Shown: positions 26,271 through 35,035 of the stretch, piece after piece
How positions within the stretch are numbered: the stretch's first letter is position 1
How the letters are laid out: every line of letters starts with the position of its first letter
NCBI GenBank assembly: GCA_964415025.1
Contig: CAYPXF010000007.1
Location: forward strand, 1 to 61,653
Direction of reading: 5' to 3'
From: an uncultured Gammaproteobacteria bacterium
GTDB lineage: Bacteria; Patescibacteriota; Patescibacteriia; UBA10025; JAHIVO01
DNA length: 61,653 nt
Position numbers and translations under genes: made by a program
Notes under the pieces: generated by a model
What the model was told of the DNA's origin: nothing
Seen by the model: only the letters and a program-made list of their open reading frames with translations
The model's database searches: none

Positions 26271-26350
26271 TACCCCGCCTGAATAGGCGGGGTAAAAAGG
26301 CAGGTGCTCTACTTCACCCCGCCCTTCGTGGGCGGGGCAAGCTGAGCTAA
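26231..26350 (-). pseudogene. Pseudo-tRNA-Lys: nt 7-76 with hairpin insertions in the anticodon loop and D loop
   Basis: Lacks acceptor-stem nt 1-6; inserts at 26271-26294 and 26313-26337. Confidence 0.85.
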
Positions 26351-26575
26351 TTTACTTTTGTATTTACGATTTTTCTTTTTAAGCCACATTTCATGTTTTC
26401 TGGCCTCTCTATAACTTTGATGTCCCTTAACATACACAAGGGTATATGGTCTTTGCCGAGCAGTAAACCAATATTTACCCGAGTTATGCTCTCGTAACCT
26501 TTTGATCGGATTAACAGATATGCCTACATAGTAGGATCTATTTTTCACACAGCAAATTAAATATGTATAAATCAT
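26309..26575 (-). CDS. Stand-alone GIY-YIG nuclease (YazA/UPF0213/Slx1-like)
   Basis: YTYLI..SYYVGIS (GIY-YIG equivalent), KRLREHNSG (Arg, His), EARKHE (Glu). Confidence 0.9.
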   Translation of the reverse strand: MIYTYLICCVKNRSYYVGISVNPIKRLREHNSGKYWFTARQRPYTLVYVKGHQSYREARKHEMWLKKKNRKYKSKLAQLAPPTKGGVK

Positions 26576-26589
26576 AGCGCTAAAACAAT

Positions 26590-26620
26590 AAAAACCTTCT
26601 CATCTTTTGGGAAGGTTTTT
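26590..26620 (-). terminator. Intrinsic terminator after tRNA-Lys (duplicated at 26198-26228)
   Basis: AAAAACCTTC...GAAGGTTTTT. Confidence 0.75.
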
Positions 26621-26662
26621 AATGGTGGGTCGTACAGGTCTCGAACCTGTGACACCCTGCTT
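26590..26662. repeat. 73-bp direct repeat, copy 2
   Basis: Identical to 26198-26270. Confidence 0.95.
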
Positions 26663-26698
26663 AAAAGGCAGGTGCTCTACCAACTGAGCTAACGACCC
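26623..26698 (-). tRNA. tRNA-Lys (anticodon TTT), CCA encoded
   Basis: GGGTCGTTAGCTCAGTTGGTAGAGCACCTGCCTTTTAAGCAGGGTGTCACAGGTTCGAGACCTGTACGACCCACCA, 76 nt. Confidence 0.97.
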
Positions 26699-26726
26699 AT
26701 ATACATCATGATTCTAGATGTAGCCA

Positions 26727-26777
26727 ATAGTAACAAATAAATACTAATTTGACAAGGCCATACAATATGAGTATATG
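26727..26777. promoter_or_regulatory. Divergent overlapping promoters for tRNA-Lys and dnaB
   Basis: Minus: TTGTCA-17-TACTAT (26755 to 26727); plus: TTGACA (26749)-17-TATATG. Confidence 0.55.
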
Positions 26778-26856
26778 GTGGACAAAATGTGTATAGACAG
26801 TGCTAAAAACAGCAGTTGAAAAAATTTAATAACCAGAGTACAATACATACACTATT

Positions 26857-28224
26857 ATGCGAAAAAAGGACGCCTCCATAGAAAAATTACCCCCGCAAAA
26901 CCTAGAAGCCGAGACCTCATTGCTCGGTGCTTTGCTGATAGATAAAAACGCCATTACCAAGATAGCTGACATTATCCGTCCCGATGATTTTTATAGGGAT
27001 AGTAATGGCATGATTTATGAAGCAATGGTTGATCTATATGAGCAGCGAGAGCCTATTGATGTTGTCTCACTGTCAAATCGCTTGAGTGAATGTAAGCAGC
27101 TGGAAACTATCGGCGGTCGGAGCGCCCTGGCCGGTCTGGCGAATTCTGTTCCCAGTTCATCGCATATTGTCACCTATGCAAATATTATCCAGAAAAAAGC
27201 AACCTTGCGCAGACTCTTGTCAGTGGCTTCAGAAATTACTGATCTAGGCTACCAGGAAACAGACGAGATTGAGGTGTTACTGGATAAGGCCGAACAGCAG
27301 ATTTTCGGCGTGTCCCAAAAATACCTGAAGCAAAACTTTATCCCCATCAAATCCGTGCTGACTGATGCCTTTGACCGGATTGATGAGTTGCATCGTGAAT
27401 CAGGCAAACTCCGCGGCATCCCGACAGGATTTACTGAAATGGACAATCTCTTGGCAGGCTTACAAAAATCTGACCTCGTCATCTTGGCCGCACGCCCCTC
27501 ACTCGGCAAAACTACCCTGGCCCTCGATATCGCCCGCCAAGTTGCCATTGATAGCAAAATACCGGTCGGCATCTTCAGCCTGGAAATGTCTAAGGAACAA
27601 TTAGTCGACCGAATGCTCTGTGCCCAGGCACATGTTGACCTGTGGCGGATGCGTACCGGACGGCTGTCTGACGACGAGGACTTCAGCAGTATTGGCAATG
27701 CTATGGGAATCCTGTCCGAAGCGCCGATTTACATTGACGATTCAGCAAATTCTACGATTATGGAAATACGGACTAAGGCACGGCGCCTGCAGGCTGAACA
27801 CAATCTAGGGCTCATCATCCTGGATTATCTCCAGCTAATGCAGGGCGACACTTATACTGACAACCGCGTACAGGAAATCAGCCAGATTACCCGTTCACTA
27901 AAAGGTATTGCCCGTGAGCTGAACATACCCATCCTGGCTCTATCACAGCTGTCGCGTGCCGTAGAATCCCGCACCCCGCCGGTGCCTAAGCTGGCTGACC
28001 TGCGCGAATCCGGCTCTATTGAACAGGATGCTGACGTGGTGATGTTTATCTACCGAGAGGCAATGTATAAGAAAGATATCGACGCTGAACGCAAGCATAT
28101 TTCAGAAATTCATGTTGCCAAACACCGCAATGGACCGACTGGTGTTATCCAGCTGTACTTCGACGAAAACCGCGTCAGTTTCAAAAACCTAGAAAAGAAA
28201 ATTCAATCAGAACCTTCATTTTAG
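26857..28224 (+). CDS. dnaB: Replicative DNA helicase
   Basis: PQNLEAE, ARPSLGKT, LDYLQL, LRESGSIEQDAD, KHRNGPTG. Confidence 0.97.
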   Translation: MRKKDASIEKLPPQNLEAETSLLGALLIDKNAITKIADIIRPDDFYRDSNGMIYEAMVDLYEQREPIDVVSLSNRLSECKQLETIGGRSALAGLANSVPSSSHIVTYANIIQKKATLRRLLSVASEITDLGYQETDEIEVLLDKAEQQIFGVSQKYLKQNFIPIKSVLTDAFDRIDELHRESGKLRGIPTGFTEMDNLLAGLQKSDLVILAARPSLGKTTLALDIARQVAIDSKIPVGIFSLEMSKEQLVDRMLCAQAHVDLWRMRTGRLSDDEDFSSIGNAMGILSEAPIYIDDSANSTIMEIRTKARRLQAEHNLGLIILDYLQLMQGDTYTDNRVQEISQITRSLKGIARELNIPILALSQLSRAVESRTPPVPKLADLRESGSIEQDADVVMFIYREAMYKKDIDAERKHISEIHVAKHRNGPTGVIQLYFDENRVSFKNLEKKIQSEPSF

Positions 28225-28300
28225 TTAATGCTGTATAGTGAACTTATCTCCCCCGCAACGTTTTTGCGCCTTATTAATCAATATAACCCTACCAAATACC

Positions 28301-28597
28301 ATGTTTGACAAAGTAAAACAGCTCAAAGAGCTCCGCGATCAGGCTTCGCAGATGAAAAAAATGCTGGCCGAAGAAACAGTTCATGCTGAAGCAGCGGACG
28401 GTAAAATAACGCTGGTCATGGACGGCAATATGGACGTGCTTTCCATAGACATCGATGACTCCATGCTGCAACCAGACCAAAAAGATACGCTGCAGCAAGC
28501 CATGCAACAGGCAGTCAATGACGGAATTAAAAAGGCACAGCACGTCATGGCCCAAAAAATGCAAAGCATGGGCGGACTCAATATGCCTGGCATGTAG
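28301..28597 (+). CDS. ybaB: YbaB/EbfC nucleoid-associated protein
   Basis: MFDKVKQLKELRDQASQMKKML, G.ITLVMDG; sits immediately before recR. Confidence 0.85.
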   Translation: MFDKVKQLKELRDQASQMKKMLAEETVHAEAADGKITLVMDGNMDVLSIDIDDSMLQPDQKDTLQQAMQQAVNDGIKKAQHVMAQKMQSMGGLNMPGM

Positions 28598-28602
28598 TAC
28601 GT

Positions 28603-29211
28603 ATGGAGCAGTACCCAGATTCAATCAATCAGCTGATAAAACTGTTTATCAAATTACCTGGCTTTGGTCCGAAAAGTGCCGAGCGGGCAGTGTTTTATTT
28701 AATCAAACAGCGTCCCGACTATACCCATGCGATTCAATCAGCACTGCATCGCTTGCGGGATGAAGTAAAAATCTGCAGTGTTTGCCACACCGTGGATACT
28801 GCCGATCCCTGCCGTATATGCAGCGATACGAAACGAGAGCAACGCATCATTTGTGTGGTTGCCACACCCCAAGATGTACTGACTATTGAAAAGACTGGCG
28901 AGTACACCGGCTTGTACCATGTCCTGGGCGGGGTATTAAATCCAGTGGACAACGTCACTCCTGATAAGCTCCATATCCGATCACTATTACAGCGAATACA
29001 GACAAACAAGCCGCGATTCCGCGAAGTTATCCTGGCGACAAATCCAGATCTCGAGGGAGAATCAACCGCGCTTTACCTTCATCGTCAGCTAAAGGAAATG
29101 CCGGTCAAGGTAACCCGGCTGGCAAAAGGACTGCCCATGGGCGCTACTATAGAATATGCTGACGATGTTACTATCGCCAGCGCGATGCAGGGCCGACGCG
29201 AATTACCATAG
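28603..29211 (+). CDS. recR: Recombination mediator RecR
   Basis: LPGFGPKSAER, CSVC..CRIC zinc finger, ATNPDLEGEST. Confidence 0.97.
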   Translation: MEQYPDSINQLIKLFIKLPGFGPKSAERAVFYLIKQRPDYTHAIQSALHRLRDEVKICSVCHTVDTADPCRICSDTKREQRIICVVATPQDVLTIEKTGEYTGLYHVLGGVLNPVDNVTPDKLHIRSLLQRIQTNKPRFREVILATNPDLEGESTALYLHRQLKEMPVKVTRLAKGLPMGATIEYADDVTIASAMQGRRELP

Positions 29212-29213
29212 AC

Positions 29214-29257
29214 AAAAACACAGCCTACCCGGATACGGTGCGTGTGGCTGTGTTTTT
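29214..29257. terminator. Bidirectional terminator between convergent recR and rplU
   Basis: AAAAACACAGCC...GGCTGTGTTTTT. Confidence 0.75.
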
Positions 29258-29572
29258 TTAGGCGGAAATTTTATTGATGCTTACCTTAGTATAGGCTTGC
29301 CGGTGCCCTTTAGTCCGGCGGTACCGTGTCTTGGATTTATATTTCACGACAGTAACTTTTTTACTGCGCCCCTGCTCCTCAACAGTGCCGCGTACTTGAG
29401 CGCCACTTACATCTGGCATGCCTACTTTAACAGTGCGTCCGTCAGCATAAAGCAGCACTTCCTTAAACATGATATCTTTGCCAGCTTCAGCGCTGACCTT
29501 TTCAGTACGGATGGTCTGGCCTTCAGTTACCACGTACTGTTTACCGCCTGTTTTGATAACTGCAAGTTTCAT
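29258..29572 (-). CDS. rplU: 50S ribosomal protein L21
   Basis: AVIKTGGKQY, KGHRQAYT. Confidence 0.97.
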   Translation of the reverse strand: MKLAVIKTGGKQYVVTEGQTIRTEKVSAEAGKDIMFKEVLLYADGRTVKVGMPDVSGAQVRGTVEEQGRSKKVTVVKYKSKTRYRRTKGHRQAYTKVSINKISA

Positions 29573-29628
29573 ATAAGCAATAATTAATGCGACTCCCCGC
29601 CGGGGCGAGCGTTTAGATAGTACGAACT

Positions 29629-29657
29629 AGTGTATCATGGCCCGTATTATTTGTCAA
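29629..29657 (-). promoter_or_regulatory. Promoter of rplU
   Basis: TTGACA-17 bp-TACACT. Confidence 0.65.
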
Positions 29658-30129
29658 AACTAATTCCTACCTCATCACCGATCTGCCAGCCATGGTCAGC
29701 GGCGGTGCCGGCCGACACTTCCAGAACATAGGTCGCTGGTGCTGCTGGATCGATTGTTTGAGCTCCTGGCTGAGCACGTTCCGTCAGGCCAGTAATCATA
29801 CCCTCGTGTATCCAGATAATATCTAACGATATCGCCATGTCAGCCATGCTGAATGTATATTCGCCTGGCTGGTCAAAAACAAAAAGCATGCCCCTGCCTG
29901 GGGCAAGGTAGGCGCGTCCTGATAGCCCTTTGGCCCGGGCGGCCGGAGTACGGGCAACTTCGGCTTCGATGTTTACCCCGTCAATAGTCACTGTCGCGGT
30001 TTGCTTGAGCGCATCCTTAATATAATACGGCGCCTCATCCTTAATCCGGTTCCCGCCCGCGCTCCATAAAAACACACTGGCTAGGATTGCGACGAGGAGA
30101 AAAATAAGTAAATATGTTTTTGAATACAT
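29647..30129 (-). CDS. DUF192 family protein
   Basis: AEVARTPAARAKGLSGR, GMLFVF, LDIIWI, YVLEV; N-terminal TM. Confidence 0.85.
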   Translation of the reverse strand: MYSKTYLLIFLLVAILASVFLWSAGGNRIKDEAPYYIKDALKQTATVTIDGVNIEAEVARTPAARAKGLSGRAYLAPGRGMLFVFDQPGEYTFSMADMAISLDIIWIHEGMITGLTERAQPGAQTIDPAAPATYVLEVSAGTAADHGWQIGDEVGISFDK

Positions 30130-30133
30130 AAAA

Positions 30134-31252
30134 TTATGAATGTGTACGTTGCCGACGTTTGAGCACGATGGTAATAGTGCCAAGCACTGCCATGACAATG
30201 CCCGCCACAATAAGCAAGGTTAGCTTTTCGCGACCGCCGGAAAATAAGGCAATACCGCCAAACAGCAGACTGATACCATACAGCAGCAGTACGGCCTGAC
30301 GATGCGATAAACCGATGTCCAGCAGCCGGAAGTGTAAGTGTTTTTTATCTGCAGTCCGGAACGGCGATTGTTTTTCGAAAAATGCCCGCCTTATAATCAC
30401 CCAGACCACATCAAGAATCGGTATCCCCATAATCAGGAGTGCGGTGGCAATTTTTGCACCTGACAATATCGCCAACACACCGAGCATAAACCCTGCCAAT
30501 AAGCTCCCTCCTTCGCCTAAAAATATTTTAGCTGGATGGAAATTCAATATTAAAAATCCAGCCATGCTGCCGGCTAATATGACAGATAGCAGCGCTGTCT
30601 CTGGCTGGGCCACTTCCTGATTCAGGCTTAAGAAGAACAATACAAAGGCGCCAATTGTGGTGATCCCCGCTACCAGTCCGTCCAGGCCGTCTAAAAACTT
30701 GGTCGTGTACATCATACCCATGAGCCAGCAAAAAGCAAAAATATCGGCAAACAAAGTCAGTACGTATGGGGTGCTATTCCAGCTGAAAAGCTCGATACTA
30801 ACCGTATCCAGCTGAATAACACCGCCCAGCGGATTGGTGATGTAGGTGATGCCAATTCCCACGCTGATTACAGCCAGTGCCGCCAGGATTGGCCAGATGA
30901 TTTGCTGAACCGGTTTTCTGTTGTGCAGGTCGTCCAGCGCCCCGCCAATCATTAAAAATACTCCGGCTATACCGATCCCGATTAAGTGTTTTGGTAAAAG
31001 ATAACCGCCAAATAGCCTGTCCGAAAAAAAAGCGTACACTCCTGTAGTAAAAATCAACGCGCCAAAAATTGCTATACCGCCAATTAACGGCACTGGTCGG
31101 CGGTGGATTTTGCGCTCGGGCGCCTGACTCGGATGATCAACAATACCGCGTCGCAGCGCAAACCGGCGCACGCCATAGCTCAAAACCAGAGCACTACCAA
31201 AAGCAATGCCAAATGGGATGATATAATGATGCCAGGCAAGCGGATTATCCAT
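30134..31252 (-). CDS. Undecaprenyl-phosphate GlcNAc-1-phosphate transferase (WecA/TagO, MraY-like GT4)
   Basis: GALDD, KFLDGLDGL, IFLGEGGS, DKKHLHFRL; many TM helices. Confidence 0.9.
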   Translation of the reverse strand: MDNPLAWHHYIIPFGIAFGSALVLSYGVRRFALRRGIVDHPSQAPERKIHRRPVPLIGGIAIFGALIFTTGVYAFFSDRLFGGYLLPKHLIGIGIAGVFLMIGGALDDLHNRKPVQQIIWPILAALAVISVGIGITYITNPLGGVIQLDTVSIELFSWNSTPYVLTLFADIFAFCWLMGMMYTTKFLDGLDGLVAGITTIGAFVLFFLSLNQEVAQPETALLSVILAGSMAGFLILNFHPAKIFLGEGGSLLAGFMLGVLAILSGAKIATALLIMGIPILDVVWVIIRRAFFEKQSPFRTADKKHLHFRLLDIGLSHRQAVLLLYGISLLFGGIALFSGGREKLTLLIVAGIVMAVLGTITIVLKRRQRTHS

Positions 31253-31658
31253 GATGACTGTCTAAATATGTTTGCAAAATTATTCGAGCTGCTGATCGAT
31301 CACGCAAGCCTTTGTTTCTCGGCCGGGGGTTGCGCTGCGATAAAAGCGTATCAGACTCCTGACTGGTAAAACGTTCATCCTGATACGTTACTGGAATATC
31401 AAGCTGTGTTTGTATGAGCTCGCCAAATAATTTAACCTGTTCTGCGGCTTTCCCTGATCGGCCCTGCTGGTCAAGCGGCAATCCGATCACGATCAAATCC
31501 ACTGATTCAGCGCGGCATACTGCATGGATTGCTGGCAATGCTTCTTCAGCGTTTGCTATCGCTATCGTCTCCCGCGGAAACGCATAGCGATGCTCATCAT
31601 CTGAAATCGCAACGCCGATTCGCTTGGTCCCTGGGTCCAAACCCAACACTTTTGGCAT
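31245..31658 (-). CDS. ruvX: YqgF/RuvX family RNase H-fold nuclease
   Basis: LGLDPGTKRIGVAISD, DERFTS, DRSAARIILQ. Confidence 0.93.
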   Translation of the reverse strand: MPKVLGLDPGTKRIGVAISDDEHRYAFPRETIAIANAEEALPAIHAVCRAESVDLIVIGLPLDQQGRSGKAAEQVKLFGELIQTQLDIPVTYQDERFTSQESDTLLSQRNPRPRNKGLRDRSAARIILQTYLDSHHG

Positions 31659-31660
31659 TG

Positions 31661-32410
31661 TTATAATCGGGTTAATATTTCTGGTCCCTGTTCAGTGATC
31701 GCTACCGTATGTTCATAGTGCGCTGATAAAGATCCGTCTGCGGTTACTGCTGTCCAGCCGTCTGTTTCAGTCTGCACTGCCTCGCTGCCCAGATTAAACA
31801 TTGGTTCAATAGCAATAACCATGCCAGACACCAAATTCGCGCCACTGCCCGATTGTCCAAAATTCGGTACACGTGGTTCTTCATGAACTGCATGACCGAC
31901 CCCATGGCCTACCAGCGAACGGACGACGCCATAATTGTATTTTCGTGCCAACTGTTCAATCGTATTGCCAATATGCCCGACCGTGTTACCCGGGATTGCC
32001 TGATTAATCGCCTGATCCAGGGATTGTTTGGTAATAGACAGAAGCTGTTTTGCTTCAGGCGTAATAGCGCCGATCGCTGCGGAATATGACATATCGGTGA
32101 AAAGCCCTTTGTACTCCAGGCCAACATCCACGTCAACTATATCTCCTTCCTGGATAATTTTATCCGACCGGGGGATACCGTGTACCACTTCATGGTTTAC
32201 TGAAATACAGACTGCGGCAGGAAAGCCGTTGAATCCCTTAAATGACGGCTTGCCTCCTGATTTGGCAAACAGTTTTTCCGCATATGCGTTGATTTCAGCC
32301 GTTGACTGACCAGGCTGCATAAAATCAAGCGTACGTGCCAAAATATAAGCCAGCCGCTTGCCGCCCTCACGTAATAGTTTTATTTCAGTATCGCTTTTTT
32401 TGAGGCTCAT
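31661..32410 (-). CDS. map: Type I methionine aminopeptidase
   Basis: VVHGIP, GHGVG..HEEP, AIEPM, AHYEHT. Confidence 0.97.
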   Translation of the reverse strand: MSLKKSDTEIKLLREGGKRLAYILARTLDFMQPGQSTAEINAYAEKLFAKSGGKPSFKGFNGFPAAVCISVNHEVVHGIPRSDKIIQEGDIVDVDVGLEYKGLFTDMSYSAAIGAITPEAKQLLSITKQSLDQAINQAIPGNTVGHIGNTIEQLARKYNYGVVRSLVGHGVGHAVHEEPRVPNFGQSGSGANLVSGMVIAIEPMFNLGSEAVQTETDGWTAVTADGSLSAHYEHTVAITEQGPEILTRL

Positions 32411-33069
32411 AAATCGAGTTGTTTAACCAGTGCGCGATATACTTCCTGAATAGGAGGCTCGCCGTCAACAGTAATCAGCAAGCCTTTTCGACGGTAGTAC
32501 TGCAGTACTGGCTTTGTCTGCTTATTAAATATTGCCAGGCGTTGAGCAATCGCTCGCGGCATATCATCCTCGCGCTGGTACAGCTGGCTCTTGCACGTCG
32601 GACAGTCAGCTGTCCCGGCCGGGAAATCAATACCATCAATAAATACACGCCCGCAGCGACGGCAGGTGCGCCTGGCGGCTAGCCGCTTAATAGTTGTTTG
32701 CCTGCTAATCGGCAAATAAAACACATGACTTAACTGCCGATCAGCTTGCTGTAAGACACGGTCAAGTGCACGAGCCTGCGTAGCATTCCTGGGAAACCCG
32801 TCAAATATAATGCCGCGTTGGCGGCTAACCTTATCTACTCTATCCTGTATCATGTGGTTGATTAATGACGAAGGCACCAGCCTACCCTGTTTATTTATTA
32901 GCGTATCGATTTTCCGGCCGAGCGGCGTGCTCTGTTTAGCGACAGTGCGCAATAATTTCCCCGCCTCGACATGGACGAGATTATAATGTTCAGCGAGCAG
33001 CTCGGCTTGGGTTCCTTTACCCGAGCCTTGCGGACCAATAATTACGATATGGTAAGGAAGTTGCTTCAT
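32407..33069 (-). CDS. adk: Adenylate kinase with zinc-type LID
   Basis: GPQGSGKGT, DGFPRN, CRRC..CPTC, QREDD; canonical position before map. Confidence 0.9.
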   Translation of the reverse strand: MKQLPYHIVIIGPQGSGKGTQAELLAEHYNLVHVEAGKLLRTVAKQSTPLGRKIDTLINKQGRLVPSSLINHMIQDRVDKVSRQRGIIFDGFPRNATQARALDRVLQQADRQLSHVFYLPISRQTTIKRLAARRTCRRCGRVFIDGIDFPAGTADCPTCKSQLYQREDDMPRAIAQRLAIFNKQTKPVLQYYRRKGLLITVDGEPPIQEVYRALVKQLDL

Positions 33070-33662
33070 AGTGAAATTATTTGTTCGATAATTTTCTGCG
33101 CCTCCTGATGCAGCTGGTCCAGTGTACCCGTATTGACAATAGTATAATCCGCTATAGCGATCGGGCCGCCTTTTTCAATATTTTCAATCTCCTTATAGTC
33201 CCGTTCGGCAGCCTGCTCCCTGCTCAATGAGCGAAATTTAACTTCAGCATCGTCCGTATGCTGCCGATGACGGTTTTCGAGTCTGCCATACCGTACTGCT
33301 GGCGGCGCATAAACACAAACAACGATCAAATGCTGTCCGTATTTTTCTTTGAGCATTTTGTATTCTGACCAGCTGTATAATCCGTCTGCTAGTACATCCT
33401 TACCCATAGCAAAGTTGGCTTCAAATTTAGGCGTGTTAAGTTTGGCAAATGCGGCCATACCATGCTGGGCGCGTAGTTCTTCGCGAATTTTTCTCTCATT
33501 TATTTCACTGATTTCCAGCCCTCTGTTTTTAATTTCATCAATCGTAATCTGGCCTAATCGCACATACGCATACCCAGCGTTTACGAATTGCTCGGCTACT
33601 TCGCTTTTGCCAGCACCGCACATACCCACAACCGCAACTATGTTTTTTTTGATTTGTGTCAT
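33066..33662 (-). CDS. P-loop nucleotide kinase (archaeal-type dephospho-CoA kinase / UPF0200-like)
   Basis: GMCGAGKS, DGLYSWSE, RD..EI....KGGPIAIADY.IVN. Confidence 0.75.
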   Translation of the reverse strand: MTQIKKNIVAVVGMCGAGKSEVAEQFVNAGYAYVRLGQITIDEIKNRGLEISEINERKIREELRAQHGMAAFAKLNTPKFEANFAMGKDVLADGLYSWSEYKMLKEKYGQHLIVVCVYAPPAVRYGRLENRHRQHTDDAEVKFRSLSREQAAERDYKEIENIEKGGPIAIADYTIVNTGTLDQLHQEAQKIIEQIISL

Positions 33663-33749
33663 ACGTATAGTATACCTTAATTTATAATACTATTAAAACA
33701 AACTTTTCGGACAGGAAAAGCCGTATTAATGCACATGTATTACCAATAC

Positions 33750-35024
33750 TTAAAAACCCTCGTAATTCCGCATTACCAATTGTGACTCTACTTGCTTGAC
33801 TGTTTCAATAACGACGCTAACCACAATCAACAGGCTCGTACCGCCGATAACTAATGTGTTAATATTTGTTGCCGACTGCACAATATTGGGCAAGACGGCT
33901 ACCAAGCCGAGAAATAGCGCCCCGCCAAGTATGATTCTGTTAGAAACATAGCTTAAAAATTGAGCGGTCGGTCGGCCAGGGCGTATCCCTGGTATAAATC
34001 CGCCCTGCTTTTGCAAATTGTCTGCAATTTGATTGGGATGAAAAATAACCGCAGTATAAAAATAGGTAAATGCGACTACCAGAATGAAATAAAGCAAACC
34101 ATAGAAAAGCTGATTTTCAAATAGGGTAACAACGCCACTGGAAAGATTGGCCAGCCAGCTGACCGAAGAATTCATAAAATACCGCGCAATCATCGGTGGA
34201 AACAGTACAAATGAAATAGCAAAAATAATAGGGATAACCCCAGCCTGGTTCACGCGTAATGGCAAGTGCGTATCTACCCCGCCATACATACGGTTGCCCC
34301 TGATACGCTTAGCATAGGAGACCGGGATATTACGCTGCCCTTCTGTAATTATTACGATCGCTGCCACGGTGATAATACCGATAATGATAAAGGCAATAAC
34401 ACCACCCAGCTGACTTGCGTCAAACGTGGCGATCGTCTGCTGCACACTGGTTGGCACTGACGCCACAATGCCGGCAAAAATAAGCAGGGAGATGCCGTTC
34501 CCAATATGTTTTTCCGAGATCAATTCGCCCAACCACATCAAGAATATTGCGCCACCAGTAATAGTCACAATGGCTGTAATCAGACTAAAGGTGGAAATTT
34601 CCCCGACAATACTTGCTCCGGATTGCTGTAAAAATGTGATCATGCCATAGGCCTGCAGGATTGCCAGTGGTACGGTGGCGATCCGGGTATACTGGTTGAT
34701 TTTTGCCCGGCCAGCTTCCCCCTCTTTTTGCAATTCCTCGAGCTTAGGGATGACCATGGTCAATAATTGAAAAATAATCGATGCGGTAATATAGGGGCTT
34801 AGGCCAACCATTACTACAGAAAAGTTATCCATGCCGCCACCCGAAAATATATTTAGTAACCCGAGTAGCTGGTTTGATTCAAACAAATTACGTAAATTCT
34901 CAATATTCACTCCTGGAATTGGAATATGCGCAGCAAAACGAAAAATCACCAAAATCCCCAGAACAAATAAAATCTTGTTACGGATTTCTTTTACATACCA
35001 GATTTGGCGTAGTTTTTCCCACAT
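33750..35024 (-). CDS. secY: Preprotein translocase subunit SecY
   Basis: [37 protein letters not shown]. Confidence 0.97.
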   Translation of the reverse strand: MWEKLRQIWYVKEIRNKILFVLGILVIFRFAAHIPIPGVNIENLRNLFESNQLLGLLNIFSGGGMDNFSVVMVGLSPYITASIIFQLLTMVIPKLEELQKEGEAGRAKINQYTRIATVPLAILQAYGMITFLQQSGASIVGEISTFSLITAIVTITGGAIFLMWLGELISEKHIGNGISLLIFAGIVASVPTSVQQTIATFDASQLGGVIAFIIIGIITVAAIVIITEGQRNIPVSYAKRIRGNRMYGGVDTHLPLRVNQAGVIPIIFAISFVLFPPMIARYFMNSSVSWLANLSSGVVTLFENQLFYGLLYFILVVAFTYFYTAVIFHPNQIADNLQKQGGFIPGIRPGRPTAQFLSYVSNRIILGGALFLGLVAVLPNIVQSATNINTLVIGGTSLLIVVSVVIETVKQVESQLVMRNYEGF

Positions 35025-35035
35025 ACGGACTAAGC

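Larger units (their letters stand above)
26198..26589 (-). mobile_element. Putative 392-bp tRNA-targeted GIY-YIG mini-element (nuclease gene + regenerated tRNA 3' part + terminator)
   Basis: Flanked by identical 73-bp direct repeats offset by 392 bp; the only ORF is the nuclease. Confidence 0.55.

Noticed and set aside
26271-26294. Anticodon-loop insert as a spliceable tRNA intron giving a second functional tRNA-Lys
   Set aside because: 24 nt is far too short for a group I intron, no bulge-helix-bulge is evident, and the copy lacks acceptor-stem nt 1-6, so it cannot mature
26198-26698. Direct repeats as a CRISPR array or classical genomic island
   Set aside because: Only two copies, both tRNA-derived; no spacer series, cas genes or integrase
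29586-29612. Small GC hairpin upstream of rplU as an L21 leader or another copy of the CCCCGCC palindrome
   Set aside because: Stem is short and bulged and cannot be matched to a family by eye; left unassigned
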